Shown: one piece after another, positions 61,895-64,000 of the stretch | Position numbering within the stretch: position 1 is the first letter of the stretch | How the letters are laid out: each line of letters begins with the position of its first letter | Source: Lingula anatina | Lineage: Eukaryota > Animalia > Brachiopoda | Length of the DNA stretch: 64,000 bases | Direction: 5' to 3' | Assembly (NCBI GenBank): GCA_051362555.1 | Contig: CM120648.1 | Coordinates: 16,116,587-16,180,586, forward strand | Position numbers and translations under genes: made by a program | Notes under the pieces: generated by a model | Database searches by the model: none | What the model was told of the DNA's origin: nothing | The model's input: the letters and a program-made list of their open reading frames with translations, nothing else

Positions 61895-63386
61895 TTTGAG
61901 CTAGTTTTAAAAATGGGATAAATATTCTCCTACCGGCAGCTCTCTATCTTGTTAGTAAACAAACCACTGCACTGCTGACATTTAGGAGTTCCCTGCACCA
62001 GAGGTCCCACACTGCAACACAACTATCCTTGGTCCTGGAAAAAAAATATGCAGTATTTAACATCCTAGCCTGCTAGTTGGCACCAAAATTAACTCTAACA
62101 AAACAGGAAAAATGTCAGAAACAAAGAGGAAAAAATGAAATACAATTTTTATACACTGTATTTTAGCAGAACTACATTTTGTCTGTCCTATACATGTCGT
62201 ATTCTGTCATTGTAATGACCTATTTTTAGGGTTACACTTGCCACACAAGGGTAGAAACCACCAAATAATTTCCCTTTGACAACTATACAAAGAAATGCCT
62301 GCAAAACTGCATGAATAAAAACATTTCCCATCCCCATGGACGGCAGACACACTGACATAACTCCCAATGGCACAAAAATATACTGTCACCAGACATTATT
62401 TCTTACCGGCATTACTTGAACATGTGACCCTTCTGTTTGTAAGCAAACCACTGCACTGCTCACATGTAGTAGCTCCCTCCGCCAGAGGTCTCACGACTGC
62501 ACCACAACTATGCCTGGTCCTGAAAAAAAAACTGGCAGTAGTTTACACCCTGGCCTGCTAGTTGATCCCAAATTTAACCCTAGCAACACACAAGAAATAC
62601 CAGGAAAAAAAATGAAAAAAAGCACTATTTTTATCTGAATGAACTATATTCGTCTATAACAGATGCTAATTGGCTGATTTATCAGTTTCCGCCCAGAACC
62701 AGAAACCAAAAATAACAAAATGACAATCCACCTACATATCCGGTTTAAAGTAGTGCTCAAACTTAATCAATCTTTATGAAATATTCACCAAAAACTCAAC
62801 AGCAATCCTGAAACATATCTGGAAAATTTGGTGCCTGTTGTAACAGTACTTATTGATATATTGCAGAATAAAAACATAGTCCAATTTACTGTGTTACACC
62901 TGTAAATTACAACAAAAATGAGAGTAATTATGGTATATGAAGACCTGTGATTTTATGAAAAAGCTATATATCACTTCCAATTTTTTTACATGAACAACTT
63001 GTTCCTTTAGCTAATCAAAAAAAATATTTCCACACACATTTACCTACTATGACCATTTTATGGAAAGTTTTAAGCTCCCCACCCCCCTAAATACATAGAT
63101 AAATGGATAAAAATGCTGATGCATTATTCCAAACATCTAAGACCTAAAACCAACATTGCATACAAAAGACAAGGTGTCACTTCCTCACATGGAAAAAAAA
63201 TTCCCAGGTTTACATCTGTGTAAACACTTTCCCTGGGGAGTTGAAATCAGTAGGGGCTCTGGGCCAGGTGGCTAGGGACAGGGAGCTAACACAAACATCC
63301 TGCTGCCTGGCCTCCTGCTGCCCTGTATAAAAGAGACCCCAGCTCAGCCAAAAATCATACCAGCTCACAGAGTTAGTCTGAAGTCC

Positions 63387-64000
63387 ATGAGTGAAAAATA
63401 CTGTCATCTTAGAGGAGAAAAAAAATTAGAGTTGCCAGGAGACAGAATGCCTGGAAGAAAAAAGGCCAGAAAATGGTATTTTAAGCCAGGCAATACCTAT
63501 GGGTCTCAGTACTGGCAAGGTGTCAGTGAAAAAAAAGCAGACCAGAGGAAAGAAGAAAGTCACCCCTTTACCAGACTGAGTGCTACTCAGTATGAAGACC
63601 TTGTGACAGTGAGGAGAGATGGCACTCTCAGCCTCCATGATGTTGATGGAAATCCTGCTCCAGTGAGGTTGCGGAGACCAGTAAAACCAAAGGCCACAGT
63701 CCAGCAGCCTGAGTCTGATGGCAAGCCACCAGTCAGTGATGATGTCTACAAGCCAGAGGCGTAACCAGACCTTTAAAAATTGTACGCACAGATTTTGAAA
63801 ATTCCCAGGTACGATTATATTCCTTGAAAAATACACTAAATTAATGGAGAATAATATCATGGTTGGCTCAAAAAATTGTACGCACAGTGCATCCGTGCGT
63901 ATGCCTGGTTACGCCCCTGCAAGCTACACCATCAGGGGAAGCTGCTGCAGTTTTTTAATGACTGCTTTCAAGAGCATGCAGAGAAGAGTGCTGGTTGTGA
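63387..64000 (+). pseudogene. Transposase copy interrupted by MITE (runs off right edge)
   Basis: ORF stops at 63764 inside a 166-bp insertion and resumes at 63920. Confidence 0.85.
63754..63919. mobile_element. 166-bp MITE with 15-bp TIR and 5-bp TSD (hAT-like termini)
   Basis: TIR cagaggcgtaaccag / ctggttacgcccctg; CAAGC duplicated at 63749-63753 and 63920-63924; empty site visible in other copies. Confidence 0.92.

Larger units (their letters stand above)
41778..64000 (+). mobile_element. Tandem array 2 of the same ~3.9-kb unit (runs off right edge)
   Basis: Unit similarity begins at agaccccagctc 41778; ORF ends at 45824, 49744, 53676, 57602, 61534 (period 3920-3932 bp). Confidence 0.95.

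Overview
Animal genomic DNA (spliced genes, TTAGGG-type repeats, repeat families typical of marine invertebrates). The window is dominated by two same-orientation head-to-tail arrays of a ~3.9-kb unit: array 1 at <1-18828 and array 2 at 41778->64000. Each unit has a TATA-box promoter, an intronless ~670-690 aa DDE transposase ORF of the 'Mutator-like'/Kolobok type (motifs GDGRY, DGDS, DxxH, AEAVN; C-terminal DHNY) and a fixed ~200-235 bp degenerate TTAGGG tract. A ~1.5-kb spacer with a diverged internal direct repeat completes the unit. No clear TIR/TSD and no second nuclease ORF were seen. The arrays carry array-specific lesions: an A9/A8 frame switch, a TACATGTA footprint, a 4-bp frameshift and a MITE insertion. 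The 23-kb interval between the arrays holds a minus-strand hillarin/KY-like gene with one frameshifted exon and two exons of an unknown gene. It also holds a Helentron-type non-autonomous element with a nested MITE and a Penelope GIY-YIG fragment, a higher-order tandem repeat and a decayed LINE. Family assignments come from motif recognition by eye, not database searches.
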